Shown: positions 55,057-63,441, numbered from the stretch's first letter. The stretch is DNA of 64,000 bases from an uncultured Verrucomicrobiota bacterium (GCA_964524715.1 CAZGGF010000362.1:9968-73967), one strand, 5' to 3'. A program made the numbers and translations. The notes: generated by a model not told the origin, from the sequence alone.

Positions 55057-57240
55057 CTAGGGGGCGGACTTGGCTGGTTCTTTTTTCTCGCTGAAACCGG
55101 CAATGTGATTGCCGATCAGCTTGAACTGGCCCGTGACAATGATGGCCTGCGTCGCATTCGTGGCGCCGCCACGCTCAATAAGGTTGCCGCGGAATAGCGA
55201 CGTGTCGCTGCCGTGGCCGCTGAACACGACAGGCCGTGTGCAGCCGGTGAAGGTGTTGTTGTGGAGGTTCCAATTGGCTGAGGGCACGATCACTTCGAAA
55301 CGATCGCCGGGTTTCATCGAGTGCGGCTCGCGCAGTTTGAAGCGGAGCGTTTCAGGATCGAACGACTCGATGACAGAGGTGGCGCCGGTCGGTTTGGATT
55401 TCTTGTCCAGCCAGGCGAGACGCCAACCGACGCACATCCGGGGGCGAATGCGTTCCTGTGGCAGGCCGGGAGGCGAAAAAGAACGCGTGAAGGTGCGATC
55501 GTCCATGACTTCGCCGACCCACGCCTCCCCGCGTTCGGCGACCATGCCGACGCCGCAGTTGCGGACAAGGTTGCCGTGGACGTTCATGTTCAACGCCGGC
55601 TCGCGAAGCCGGATGGCGGTCACCGACGGGTCGGCGGCGCCGCGGACATACACCTGGTTCCCGCTGACAATCGTATCGTTGGCGCTGATGTTGATGGCAG
55701 TCCGCGACACCGGTTTCGGGCCGACGCAGGTCATGTCGAAAATGTTGCCGCTGATGATCGTGTTGCCGGAAGCGTAATGAAGCGGATCGGTCGCGCCGGA
55801 TGCCTCGACGGCGGACGAACCGAAGTTGACGAAAAGATTGTCCCGGATGATGACCTGCGTCGCGCCAACGGCGGAGCGGATGGCACAGCCGCCGTAGGGC
55901 GTGATGCTCTCGAAGACGTTGTCGGCAATGATGTGCTGGCCGGCGCCAAGATCGGGATAGGTGTGGTCGCGATTCGCGGGACCGAGGTTGCCCATCGCCA
56001 CGGTGCCGCCGTTGCGCACGTAGTTGCCAATGAACTTCACGAAACGCGAAGCGCCTTCCCACGAACAACCGCCCACGTCCACGATGCGGCACTGCAGGAC
56101 GCTGGTGTTCTCGGTGCCGCACATCACGTCGTTAAACGCGTTGCGCGCGGAGTCGGTAACAGAGCATCGCAGGTAGGTGATCCACCGGGAATATGACTGG
56201 CCGGGCCTCACCGTGCCTCGGCTCGGGCCGCCTGACACGAAGCATTCGCCCGACATCCGGCTCGCGTGGCAGTTCTCAACCAGCACGCGTTCGGTGCCGC
56301 CGATGGTGATGGCGTTGCAGTGTTTGAGGCCGAAGCCCCAGATGTAGGTCGAGCCGCGAGTCCTGATGTAACCCGCCTTGTCCCGCTCCTCGAACCCCAT
56401 GAAGCCAGTCATGCGAAAGTTGCGAATGTTCACCTCCGTCCCGCTCGTCAGTGTGAAACACGCCCCTTCGCCCTCGCTGATGTCGAGCAACGTGTCCACC
56501 GCGCTCGCGCCTTCGATGGTGAGCGCCGCGGCGTTGCGCACCCGGATGCTGTGCGCCAGCCGGTAATGCCCCACCGGGACATGGACGCCGCGCTTTTCCT
56601 TGAGCGCCTGATCCACGGCCGCCTGAAGCGCGAACGTGTCGTTATGCCGGATGACGGCGTCCTTCACCGTCCGGTTGGCCGCGTCAGTCAACGTCAGGAC
56701 GTTGCCCTCGATCTTTTCGATCCGGCTCACGAGCTGGTCGCGCGCGCCAAACGCGATGACGTAGCCGCTCTCCCAGTCGCGTTTGTTCAACTTCACCTCG
56801 ACGCCACCGCCCAGCGGCTGCCAGTCGTGCGTAATGGGAACCTTCGGGTGCCACGTCCGGCCGAGATCGTCGGTCCACCGGAACGCAGGCGAAGCAGACG
56901 CCTCGATATCGACGATGTAGATGACCCAGCTTCCGGCGCTGCCATCATAACCGCGCACCTCCACGGAATTCTCCACTGGCTTGCGGTTGCGATAGGGCTC
57001 GCCCGTCCCCCAAAGCTGCGTCGGTGTGTAACGGATATTGCACTTCGACACCATCACGCCCTGGCCAACCTTGAAATCGCCGACGTTCGCGACGGTGATC
57101 TGCTTCGAACCATCGGTGGTCTTCGCAGTCGTCTCAAATTTCGACCCCGACGCGCCCAAGTCGCGGGCGTTGATCCAATCCGCCGCGCTGGCCTCTGCGA
57201 AACAACAAGTGAGGAAAAGAAATGCAATATTGAGTCTCAT
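55057..57240 (-). CDS. secreted right-handed beta-helix protein, paralog 3
   Basis: Start placed at ATG 57240 (MRLNIAFLFLTCCFAEASA). Same architecture as paralog 1. Confidence 0.75.
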   Translation of the reverse strand: MRLNIAFLFLTCCFAEASAADWINARDLGASGSKFETTAKTTDGSKQITVANVGDFKVGQGVMVSKCNIRYTPTQLWGTGEPYRNRKPVENSVEVRGYDGSAGSWVIYIVDIEASASPAFRWTDDLGRTWHPKVPITHDWQPLGGGVEVKLNKRDWESGYVIAFGARDQLVSRIEKIEGNVLTLTDAANRTVKDAVIRHNDTFALQAAVDQALKEKRGVHVPVGHYRLAHSIRVRNAAALTIEGASAVDTLLDISEGEGACFTLTSGTEVNIRNFRMTGFMGFEERDKAGYIRTRGSTYIWGFGLKHCNAITIGGTERVLVENCHASRMSGECFVSGGPSRGTVRPGQSYSRWITYLRCSVTDSARNAFNDVMCGTENTSVLQCRIVDVGGCSWEGASRFVKFIGNYVRNGGTVAMGNLGPANRDHTYPDLGAGQHIIADNVFESITPYGGCAIRSAVGATQVIIRDNLFVNFGSSAVEASGATDPLHYASGNTIISGNIFDMTCVGPKPVSRTAINISANDTIVSGNQVYVRGAADPSVTAIRLREPALNMNVHGNLVRNCGVGMVAERGEAWVGEVMDDRTFTRSFSPPGLPQERIRPRMCVGWRLAWLDKKSKPTGATSVIESFDPETLRFKLREPHSMKPGDRFEVIVPSANWNLHNNTFTGCTRPVVFSGHGSDTSLFRGNLIERGGATNATQAIIVTGQFKLIGNHIAGFSEKKEPAKSAP

Positions 57241-57332
57241 AGCTGTCTGATCTTCTGCGATGGGTCCTTGCCGTGGCAGTCCGGCTGCTTCATCACGCCG
57301 GCCCGCGGCTCGAATCAACGGCTCTTCAACGC

Positions 57333-58667
57333 TCAGCTTTTCGTCAGTTCCTTGCGGTGCGCCCAGACTTTCTCGAAAGCCTTGATATATTGTTCGTTGA
57401 GTTCGGGCATTTCCTTGGTGAAGAACGGAAGTGAAATCCCATGCTTGTCCACCGCCGCAGCGCCGGGAAACTGGTCCGCCACCACGGGCATGTGATGCCA
57501 CCATTCAATTTCGTGGAAGATCGGATTCTTGCACAGGAACTGTGCGCCCGCGACGCCCACAGAAACACCCTCCGCCCGCAGCGCCTTCACACACGCCGCC
57601 CGTGACATCCCGGCCTCGGCCTCGTCCAGATAAAACCGGTTCGCGGCGTAATACACGCGGTCCACGTCCTTGCGGTTTTGCTGTTCACGGAGACCCGGCA
57701 GCCTGGTGATCCGGTCGTTGAGCCGGCGGACCTGGGCTTTCAACGCGGCGTTCCGCTCGGCGAGTTTCGCCAGTTGGCACTTGGCCAGCGCGGCAGCCAT
57801 CGGATGCATGCGCAGTTTCATTCCAAGTCCGTAAGCGTATTTCTTGCAGGGCCCCTTCAGCTTGGAGGCCCATTCGTAGTGACCGAGTATCGTGGCCCGC
57901 TCGAAGTCCTCCTGATTCTGATAGTTCCCCATGCCGCCTTCGATAGCCGGGAGCGGTTTGCTGGCCTGGAAACTGAAGCACGCCATCCGGCCCCATGCGC
58001 CCATGAATTTGCCGTGCATGGACGCGCCGTGCGCGTGGCAGGCGTCTTCGAGGACGATGAGGCCCTTCTCTTTGCAGAAGTCGGAGATGTAATCCATGTC
58101 CGCAGGCATGCCCAAGTAATGCACGGGGAACACGGCTTTCGTGTTCTTGGTCAGCTTCCGTTTCGCGTCCTCGATGTCGAAGTTCAGTGTGACGGGATTG
58201 ATGTCCACCATGACCGGCACCAGGCCGAAGAACCGCATCGGCGTGATCGTGGCCCAAAACGTGGAGCAAGGCACCATGATCTCGCTGCCAGCTGGAAGAT
58301 TCAGCGCGAAATACATCGCCGTGATGGCGCTCGTGCCGTTGTAGTGCGCCTTGCAATACGGCAGCTTGAAATGCTTCTTCCAATCCGCCTCCAGTGCATC
58401 ATTCGGCGCATAGTCGGGCTTCCGCAGCACATCCAGGACGGCCTTCTCCTCCTCGGCTCCATAGCGTGGCCAGGTCGTGCCGTCCTCGTGCGACGCCGTG
58501 ACCGCTTTCGCGCCGCCCTTCAACGCCAGTGTCTCCGCATCCTTCCCCGCCGCGCCCGCCGTCGAGATGGTGGGCGGCAGCAAGAATCCCGCGCCCGCCA
58601 GCCCCGTGGTCTTGATAAACGTCCTCCTCGTCGCGCCGGTCGTTGAGTTCTCCGTGTTCTTCTTCAT
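57333..58667 (-). CDS. Tat-signal DegT/DnrJ/EryC1/StrS-family PLP-dependent aminotransferase
   Basis: MKKNTENSTTGATRRTFIKTTGLAGAGFLL twin-arginine signal. NGTSAITAMYFAL, LEDACHAHGA and FSFQASKPL (PLP-Lys context) are typical of the DegT family. Confidence 0.8.
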   Translation of the reverse strand: MKKNTENSTTGATRRTFIKTTGLAGAGFLLPPTISTAGAAGKDAETLALKGGAKAVTASHEDGTTWPRYGAEEEKAVLDVLRKPDYAPNDALEADWKKHFKLPYCKAHYNGTSAITAMYFALNLPAGSEIMVPCSTFWATITPMRFFGLVPVMVDINPVTLNFDIEDAKRKLTKNTKAVFPVHYLGMPADMDYISDFCKEKGLIVLEDACHAHGASMHGKFMGAWGRMACFSFQASKPLPAIEGGMGNYQNQEDFERATILGHYEWASKLKGPCKKYAYGLGMKLRMHPMAAALAKCQLAKLAERNAALKAQVRRLNDRITRLPGLREQQNRKDVDRVYYAANRFYLDEAEAGMSRAACVKALRAEGVSVGVAGAQFLCKNPIFHEIEWWHHMPVVADQFPGAAAVDKHGISLPFFTKEMPELNEQYIKAFEKVWAHRKELTKS

Positions 58668-58914
58668 GGCTCCTTTGGGATAACAGTGGTTGCGTCGTTG
58701 ATGGCAGACCGCAGTTTGCCACCGCGCTGCTGCCGCACGCCACAAGAAAAAAGCCATGCTTGGAAGGCGAAGTCAGCGCCGTCGACCTTGGCTTCGGCTT
58801 CACCACCGGCATCGCCACTGGGGCGTGACACCAGCAGCTTATGTCCTTATTCCACATCGCAACTGCCTTGCCAGCCCTTCCGTGTTGCCCTATAACCCCA
58901 CCATCCGGCAATTC

Positions 58915-59133
58915 ATGAACGAGCACCTCGTTTTCCACTACATTTGGTCTGGCGGAATAATCGCTGGTGGATGTTATTTGCTGTGGAAGAGAGAAATCCC
59001 CATTGCTATCAGAGGCGGCCCTGATCTTTTTACGTTGCGAGGAGTACCCGCGATAGTTGTGGCATGCCTGATTATCGCTTTCGGAACATATATATTGTTC
59101 CATCCAGACTTCTTTTCGCACCAACGCCAGTAG
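58915..59133 (+). CDS. possible small 2-TM membrane protein (72 aa)
   Basis: MNEHLVFHYIWSGGIIAGGCYLLW...VPAIVVACLIIAFGTYILF. It lies in a local low-GC patch and I recognise no homology. Confidence 0.3.
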   Translation: MNEHLVFHYIWSGGIIAGGCYLLWKREIPIAIRGGPDLFTLRGVPAIVVACLIIAFGTYILFHPDFFSHQRQ

Positions 59134-59478
59134 GGCCAGATATCGAAGAAGCGAATTCGGGGAGCGATGCGATAACTTTTTCCCCGTTCCAACGGGGTGG
59201 GCATCACTCAGCCCGGCGTTGACCGGTGCCTTCGACCTAGTCGGGTATAGGAAAGAAAACCAATCCCACCCCAAACGGGGTTGTATCATCCTCCCAAGAG
59301 GATTCATCTCCTTAAGAGATGCGAAATGGTCGTTGTCCCGGGGTAGCTGGCGCCTCGCAACCCCGGGCTGAATGATCGAATCCCGTCCGGATTCAGGCTG
59401 CGCCGCGCCGCAGGCGGGTCACGGAGATTCTGCGTCGACGCTGAAAAAAACTGAGTCTCCAACAGCGGGAAACAGCGA
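59134..59478. other. hairpin-dense non-coding region between convergent genes (REP-like / structured RNA candidate)
   Basis: At least six 5-7 bp stem-loops: 59182-59197, 59288-59303, 59305-59321, 59337-59367, 59378-59394 and 59398-59413. No credible ORF. Confidence 0.45.
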
Positions 59479-60789
59479 TTACTTCTTCCCGCCACCAACT
59501 CGCGGTTTTGGCTTGATGAAGATCGCTTCGGCGTAATCAATCCATCCCTTCCGCAGGTCCATGCGGAACCAGCCTTCGCTGTTCTTCGCGTGGAAACGGG
59601 TGGCCGAGCGGGGGCCGAATTCCTTGAGGTCGTATTGCGCCCACGTCTTGCCCATGTCGGTCGAGACGATGATGCCGGTCTTCATCGACGAAGCGGGCGC
59701 GCAGTGCGACGCCAGGATCACGCCGTCCTGGATGATCATGTTGCCGGACTCGACTTTCGGGTTGAACAGCATCGTGTGCTTCTCCGGCTTGGTGATGTCG
59801 GCGGGGTCGCAACAGAAGATGCCGCGATCGTAGTCGCCCTGGTTCCACGGCCTGAAAGCGTTGGCGTCGCTGATCCAGTAGCACTTGCCGTCCACGAAAT
59901 TGATGCCGCCGCATTTGTAACGCGAGTTTGAGTCCACCGATATGAGGAGCTTCCACTGCCACTTGTCCTTCTTCTCGTCGTAGGTGCCGCGCAACCAGTG
60001 GCACTCTAGCCCGGCTCCGCGATTGATATCACCCGTGCAGGCGTAGAACGCGTTTTCAGGCGGGTTATACGCCACCGTGTGGACGTGGCGGCAGAGCAGC
60101 GAATTGTCGGGGTTGCCCAGCACCGTGCCCGTCTTGCCACCGCCGGGCGAGCCGTTGTCGTGGAAATGGGGATTCTGCCCGAAAGCATACGCGATCTTCA
60201 CGGTCCGGCCGCTGTCGGTGGAGTAGTAGATGTTCACGGGGACCGCGCCGCCGACCACGTTGCAGTAGTTCCCCCACACCATCATCTCCCTGCCGTTCAC
60301 GTCCCACGAGATGACGCCCGCGAGCGTATGGAAATACCAGCCGGGGTTGTTGGGATTCTTCGGCGTGTGCGGCAGGTAATCCGCGCCGTTGGTGTCCTTC
60401 ACCGTGATCGGCTGGATCGTCTTCAGCTTGTCGGTGCTGAGGAAAAGTTTCTCGCGCGTGCTGAAGAGAACGTTCCCGTTCTTGAGGATGTGGCTGAACG
60501 TGATGTGCTTCTCCTCGGGGAACGCAATGCGGTGCGGCCATGTGCGGCCGTTGTCCTCGGAGAGCATCACCTGCCCGTCGCCGTGGCCGAACGCCCTGTT
60601 GTCGCACTGCGAGTCAATGTAAGGCCCCGCCGGCTGCGCCCGATACCAGAAGTGATCGTTGGAAGGGAACTCGTCGGTGGCGGCGTTGAGTTTGCGAGCG
60701 CTGGCTATCATTAGTCCTCCGGTGGTTGCCGCGGCAGTGCCCAGAAAACAGCGGCGAGTGATTCGTTGTGGTGGGTTCATGGCGTTCAT
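59479..60789 (-). CDS. Tat-signal BNR/Asp-box beta-propeller protein (sialidase-like glycoside hydrolase)
   Basis: RITRRCFLGTAAATTGG signal. Asp-box motifs SEDNGRTW, STDSGRTV and STDMGKTW. First ATG at 60789 (the track uses TTG 60798). Confidence 0.75.
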   Translation of the reverse strand: MNAMNPPQRITRRCFLGTAAATTGGLMIASARKLNAATDEFPSNDHFWYRAQPAGPYIDSQCDNRAFGHGDGQVMLSEDNGRTWPHRIAFPEEKHITFSHILKNGNVLFSTREKLFLSTDKLKTIQPITVKDTNGADYLPHTPKNPNNPGWYFHTLAGVISWDVNGREMMVWGNYCNVVGGAVPVNIYYSTDSGRTVKIAYAFGQNPHFHDNGSPGGGKTGTVLGNPDNSLLCRHVHTVAYNPPENAFYACTGDINRGAGLECHWLRGTYDEKKDKWQWKLLISVDSNSRYKCGGINFVDGKCYWISDANAFRPWNQGDYDRGIFCCDPADITKPEKHTMLFNPKVESGNMIIQDGVILASHCAPASSMKTGIIVSTDMGKTWAQYDLKEFGPRSATRFHAKNSEGWFRMDLRKGWIDYAEAIFIKPKPRVGGGKK

Positions 60790-60798
60790 CCTTAACAA

Positions 60799-61695
60799 TT
60801 ACGTCGTCTTATCATCAGCGGCTTTGTTGAAACCACCGGATGGAGATCTCGGGTCTGATTCTGTTGACAGACTTTCTGGGAACAGCGGCAACTGCAACGA
60901 CGTGCCGCTGTCCGTTGCGCTATCTTGTTGAACCCTGTCATGCTTCTCCATTGCCACAGTAGGCATTCGGATGCCGGTTGCCGATTCAAGATCCAAGAAC
61001 GCGAGGCACCGTTGCCGCAAGAATTGTGGATTCCATCGGTTGGGTTCGACCTGCGTCTCTTGCAGGGTTTCAAGGAGCGCGCTGACGTGCGAATTTCGGC
61101 AGAAGACTTTCTTGAGCGACTGAATAGCCAGAAACCCAATGAAATCGTCTTCGTCCTCAACCGCTGCGAAGAGAGCTGCATGACATCGAGAATCTTCTGT
61201 AAAATCGCCGAGGGCTTCGACTGCCATCATTCTTGTCCATTGATAGCCCTTTGGAGTGTCGTTCAACATGTCAATGATTGCAGCGGCGGCCTCGCTCCAC
61301 TTCTCTATCTGATACAACGCGTGAGCAGCATGCACACGCAGACATCTATAGCTCGAACGGAATCCGGAACGGAGGCGATTCTTGATGATCGGCGCGGCAG
61401 CGCTGATCCGCATGACGCCAGCCGCGATGAAAGGACGACTGTCATCGGTCTGTTCCAAAGCATTCACAATCATCGCTTCAGCAGTTGCCCGCTCATTGCC
61501 AGAAAGAGACAGAGCCGCCTCGACGTCTAGTCCGTCTCTCCTTGCGCCAAACGAGTTATCGAAACAACTCGCGCGGAAATGTTCAAATTCCTCGGAGACT
61601 GACATGGGCGTGCTTACCATGTTATATTGCGACGCAGGGGACGTTGAGACTTTTTTTCCGGCTCGTCCAGAGGAATTGTGATCGTCGTTCTTCAT
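60799..61695 (-). CDS. HEAT-repeat protein (cytoplasmic, no signal peptide)
   Basis: AVEALGDFTEDSRCHAALFAAVEDEDDFIGFLAIQSLKKV is a HEAT_2/PBS-lyase-type repeat, and the protein is helical throughout. GC is visibly lower than in flanking genes. Its stop abuts the BNR gene start. Confidence 0.5.
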   Translation of the reverse strand: MKNDDHNSSGRAGKKVSTSPASQYNMVSTPMSVSEEFEHFRASCFDNSFGARRDGLDVEAALSLSGNERATAEAMIVNALEQTDDSRPFIAAGVMRISAAAPIIKNRLRSGFRSSYRCLRVHAAHALYQIEKWSEAAAAIIDMLNDTPKGYQWTRMMAVEALGDFTEDSRCHAALFAAVEDEDDFIGFLAIQSLKKVFCRNSHVSALLETLQETQVEPNRWNPQFLRQRCLAFLDLESATGIRMPTVAMEKHDRVQQDSATDSGTSLQLPLFPESLSTESDPRSPSGGFNKAADDKTT

Positions 61696-61698
61696 CCC

Positions 61699-62424
61699 TC
61701 AAAACGGCTGGCTGTTTCGACGGCGGATGTAAATCTCATCAACGGCCGCTTTCTCCGACAGCGACAGAAGGAACATCACCGATTGGGCAATGTCCTCAGG
61801 CCGCATCAAGATCGAACGATCCAGGTCCGGACGGGCGTCGCCGACCATGCCCGTGTCCACGCCGCCGGGCAGGATCGCGCTGACGCGGATGCCGTGCGGC
61901 TGGGCCTCCACCGCGAGCGACTTGGTCAAGCCCATCACGGCGTGCTTGGTGGCCGTGTAGGCAGCCTGGTTGGGATAGCCTTTGAAGCCGACCACGCTGG
62001 AGATGTTGATGATGTAACCGCGGCGCTGCGGGATCATCAGGCGCATGGCCTGCTGGCAGCACCAGAACGTGCCAAGCAGATTGACCGCCACCACCTGCTT
62101 CAGGTCCGCGCTGGCGAAATCCACCAGCGGCCCGAACCGGCCGATGCCCGCGTTGTTGACCAGCACGTCCAGCCGCCCCAGCTTTTCCCTGACCTGCGCG
62201 AACGCAGCGCCTACTTGGTCTTCCTGCGCAATGTCCAGCGGCAAGGCCATGGCCCGGCCACCGGCGGCGACAATCTCCCGCGCCACTGTCTCGATCTCCG
62301 CGCGGCTTCGGGCCGCCGCCACGACGTGAGCGCCAGCCGCGCCCAACGCGCGGGCAATCGCCCGGCCGATGCCCCGCCCCGCTCCAGTGACCAGGGCCAC
62401 TTGTCCTTCAAGCTGTTGCGACAT
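61699..62424 (-). CDS. SDR-family oxidoreductase
   Basis: Start at ATG 62424. VALVTGAGRGIGRAIA (TGxxxGxG), NNAG and the catalytic YTATK (YxxxK). Confidence 0.85.
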   Translation of the reverse strand: MSQQLEGQVALVTGAGRGIGRAIARALGAAGAHVVAAARSRAEIETVAREIVAAGGRAMALPLDIAQEDQVGAAFAQVREKLGRLDVLVNNAGIGRFGPLVDFASADLKQVVAVNLLGTFWCCQQAMRLMIPQRRGYIINISSVVGFKGYPNQAAYTATKHAVMGLTKSLAVEAQPHGIRVSAILPGGVDTGMVGDARPDLDRSILMRPEDIAQSVMFLLSLSEKAAVDEIYIRRRNSQPF

Positions 62425-62453
62425 GAGTGATGGACTCCTTTGCGCCCGCGCGA

Positions 62454-63398
62454 TCAACTGCCGGCCACCAACCGCTCGACGAACAAGCGGCCTTTGCGCG
62501 CCTCGCTGATCAGTTGTGCGGCGTCGCCCGGGACGAGCGTTTCGATGATCAACGGTCCGTGAGTAAAACCTCCCTTGGCCAACCGCGCCATCAGGGCCGG
62601 GAACTTCACCTGTCCGGTGCCGGGCGTGACGGCCACCTTCTTCGGATGCTGGTAATCCTTCACGCACATGCCGCTGACGATGCCATCGAGCACCGCGGCA
62701 TCCTCCACGGGGTCCACTTTGCCGTCAGAGTAAAAGAAAATGTTACCGGGGTCATACATCACGGTGAAGTTCTTGTGGCGCACCGCATCGCACGCCTTGC
62801 GCAGCAACGGACCGGGGCCGGTCAAACCTCCATGCGGCTTCAGCACGATGCCCACCTTTTTCTCCGCGGCGTAGTCGCACACTTCTGCAATCGCCTTGCA
62901 GTGGTTCTCGTAAGTCTTCTCAGTGCCCAGGCTGCCCACCATCATGGACCAGGCGCCTGCGGCAGCGCAGTTGTCAATCATCCGCCGCAAACTCTCCACG
63001 CCGTCCTTCACCGAGCGGTCGCTGGCGAACGCGCCGCCGTAGGCGTTGGGGATTTGCAGACCGCGCTTCCGGGCCTCCTCGCCCATCTTCGCGGCTTCCT
63101 CCAGCGGCGTGGCCGACGCGATCACCCGTTTGGTGGCCGACTTGATCCCCGAGAAACCAATGTATTTGAACCCCGCCTCCGCGATGGCATCGAATGCTTC
63201 GCCGTATTCGCAGGCCGCCCACGGACGCGTGTAACAGCCAATCTGCCAACCCGTCGTCGGGGGAGCGCCGACTGGCACGGGCGCGCCCAGGGCGCTTTGC
63301 TGCGATGCAAACCAGCCGCCAGCCGCTGCGGCGGTCGTCCGGCTCAGGAACTCTCGCCGTGTCAATCGGTCACTGTCGTTGTGCTGCAATCGTGTCAT
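62454..63398 (-). CDS. Tat-signal sugar phosphate isomerase/epimerase (xylose-isomerase-like TIM barrel)
   Basis: LTRREFLSRTTAAAAGG signal. TIM-barrel AP_endonuc_2-like blocks (IVLKPHGG, MYDPGNIFFYSDG, LIIE). Confidence 0.8.
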   Translation of the reverse strand: MTRLQHNDSDRLTRREFLSRTTAAAAGGWFASQQSALGAPVPVGAPPTTGWQIGCYTRPWAACEYGEAFDAIAEAGFKYIGFSGIKSATKRVIASATPLEEAAKMGEEARKRGLQIPNAYGGAFASDRSVKDGVESLRRMIDNCAAAGAWSMMVGSLGTEKTYENHCKAIAEVCDYAAEKKVGIVLKPHGGLTGPGPLLRKACDAVRHKNFTVMYDPGNIFFYSDGKVDPVEDAAVLDGIVSGMCVKDYQHPKKVAVTPGTGQVKFPALMARLAKGGFTHGPLIIETLVPGDAAQLISEARKGRLFVERLVAGS

Positions 63399-63441
63399 GG
63401 TGTGGTCTCCTCGCTGGTGTGGCTGCCGCGACCGTCAAATG

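Noticed and set aside
59337-59394. tRNA-like strings (GGGGTAGCTGG ... ATCGAATCCCG)
   Set aside because: I could not fold it into a cloverleaf. There is no acceptor stem pairing and no T-stem complementary to the TTCGAAT-like loop. It is treated as part of a REP-like element instead.
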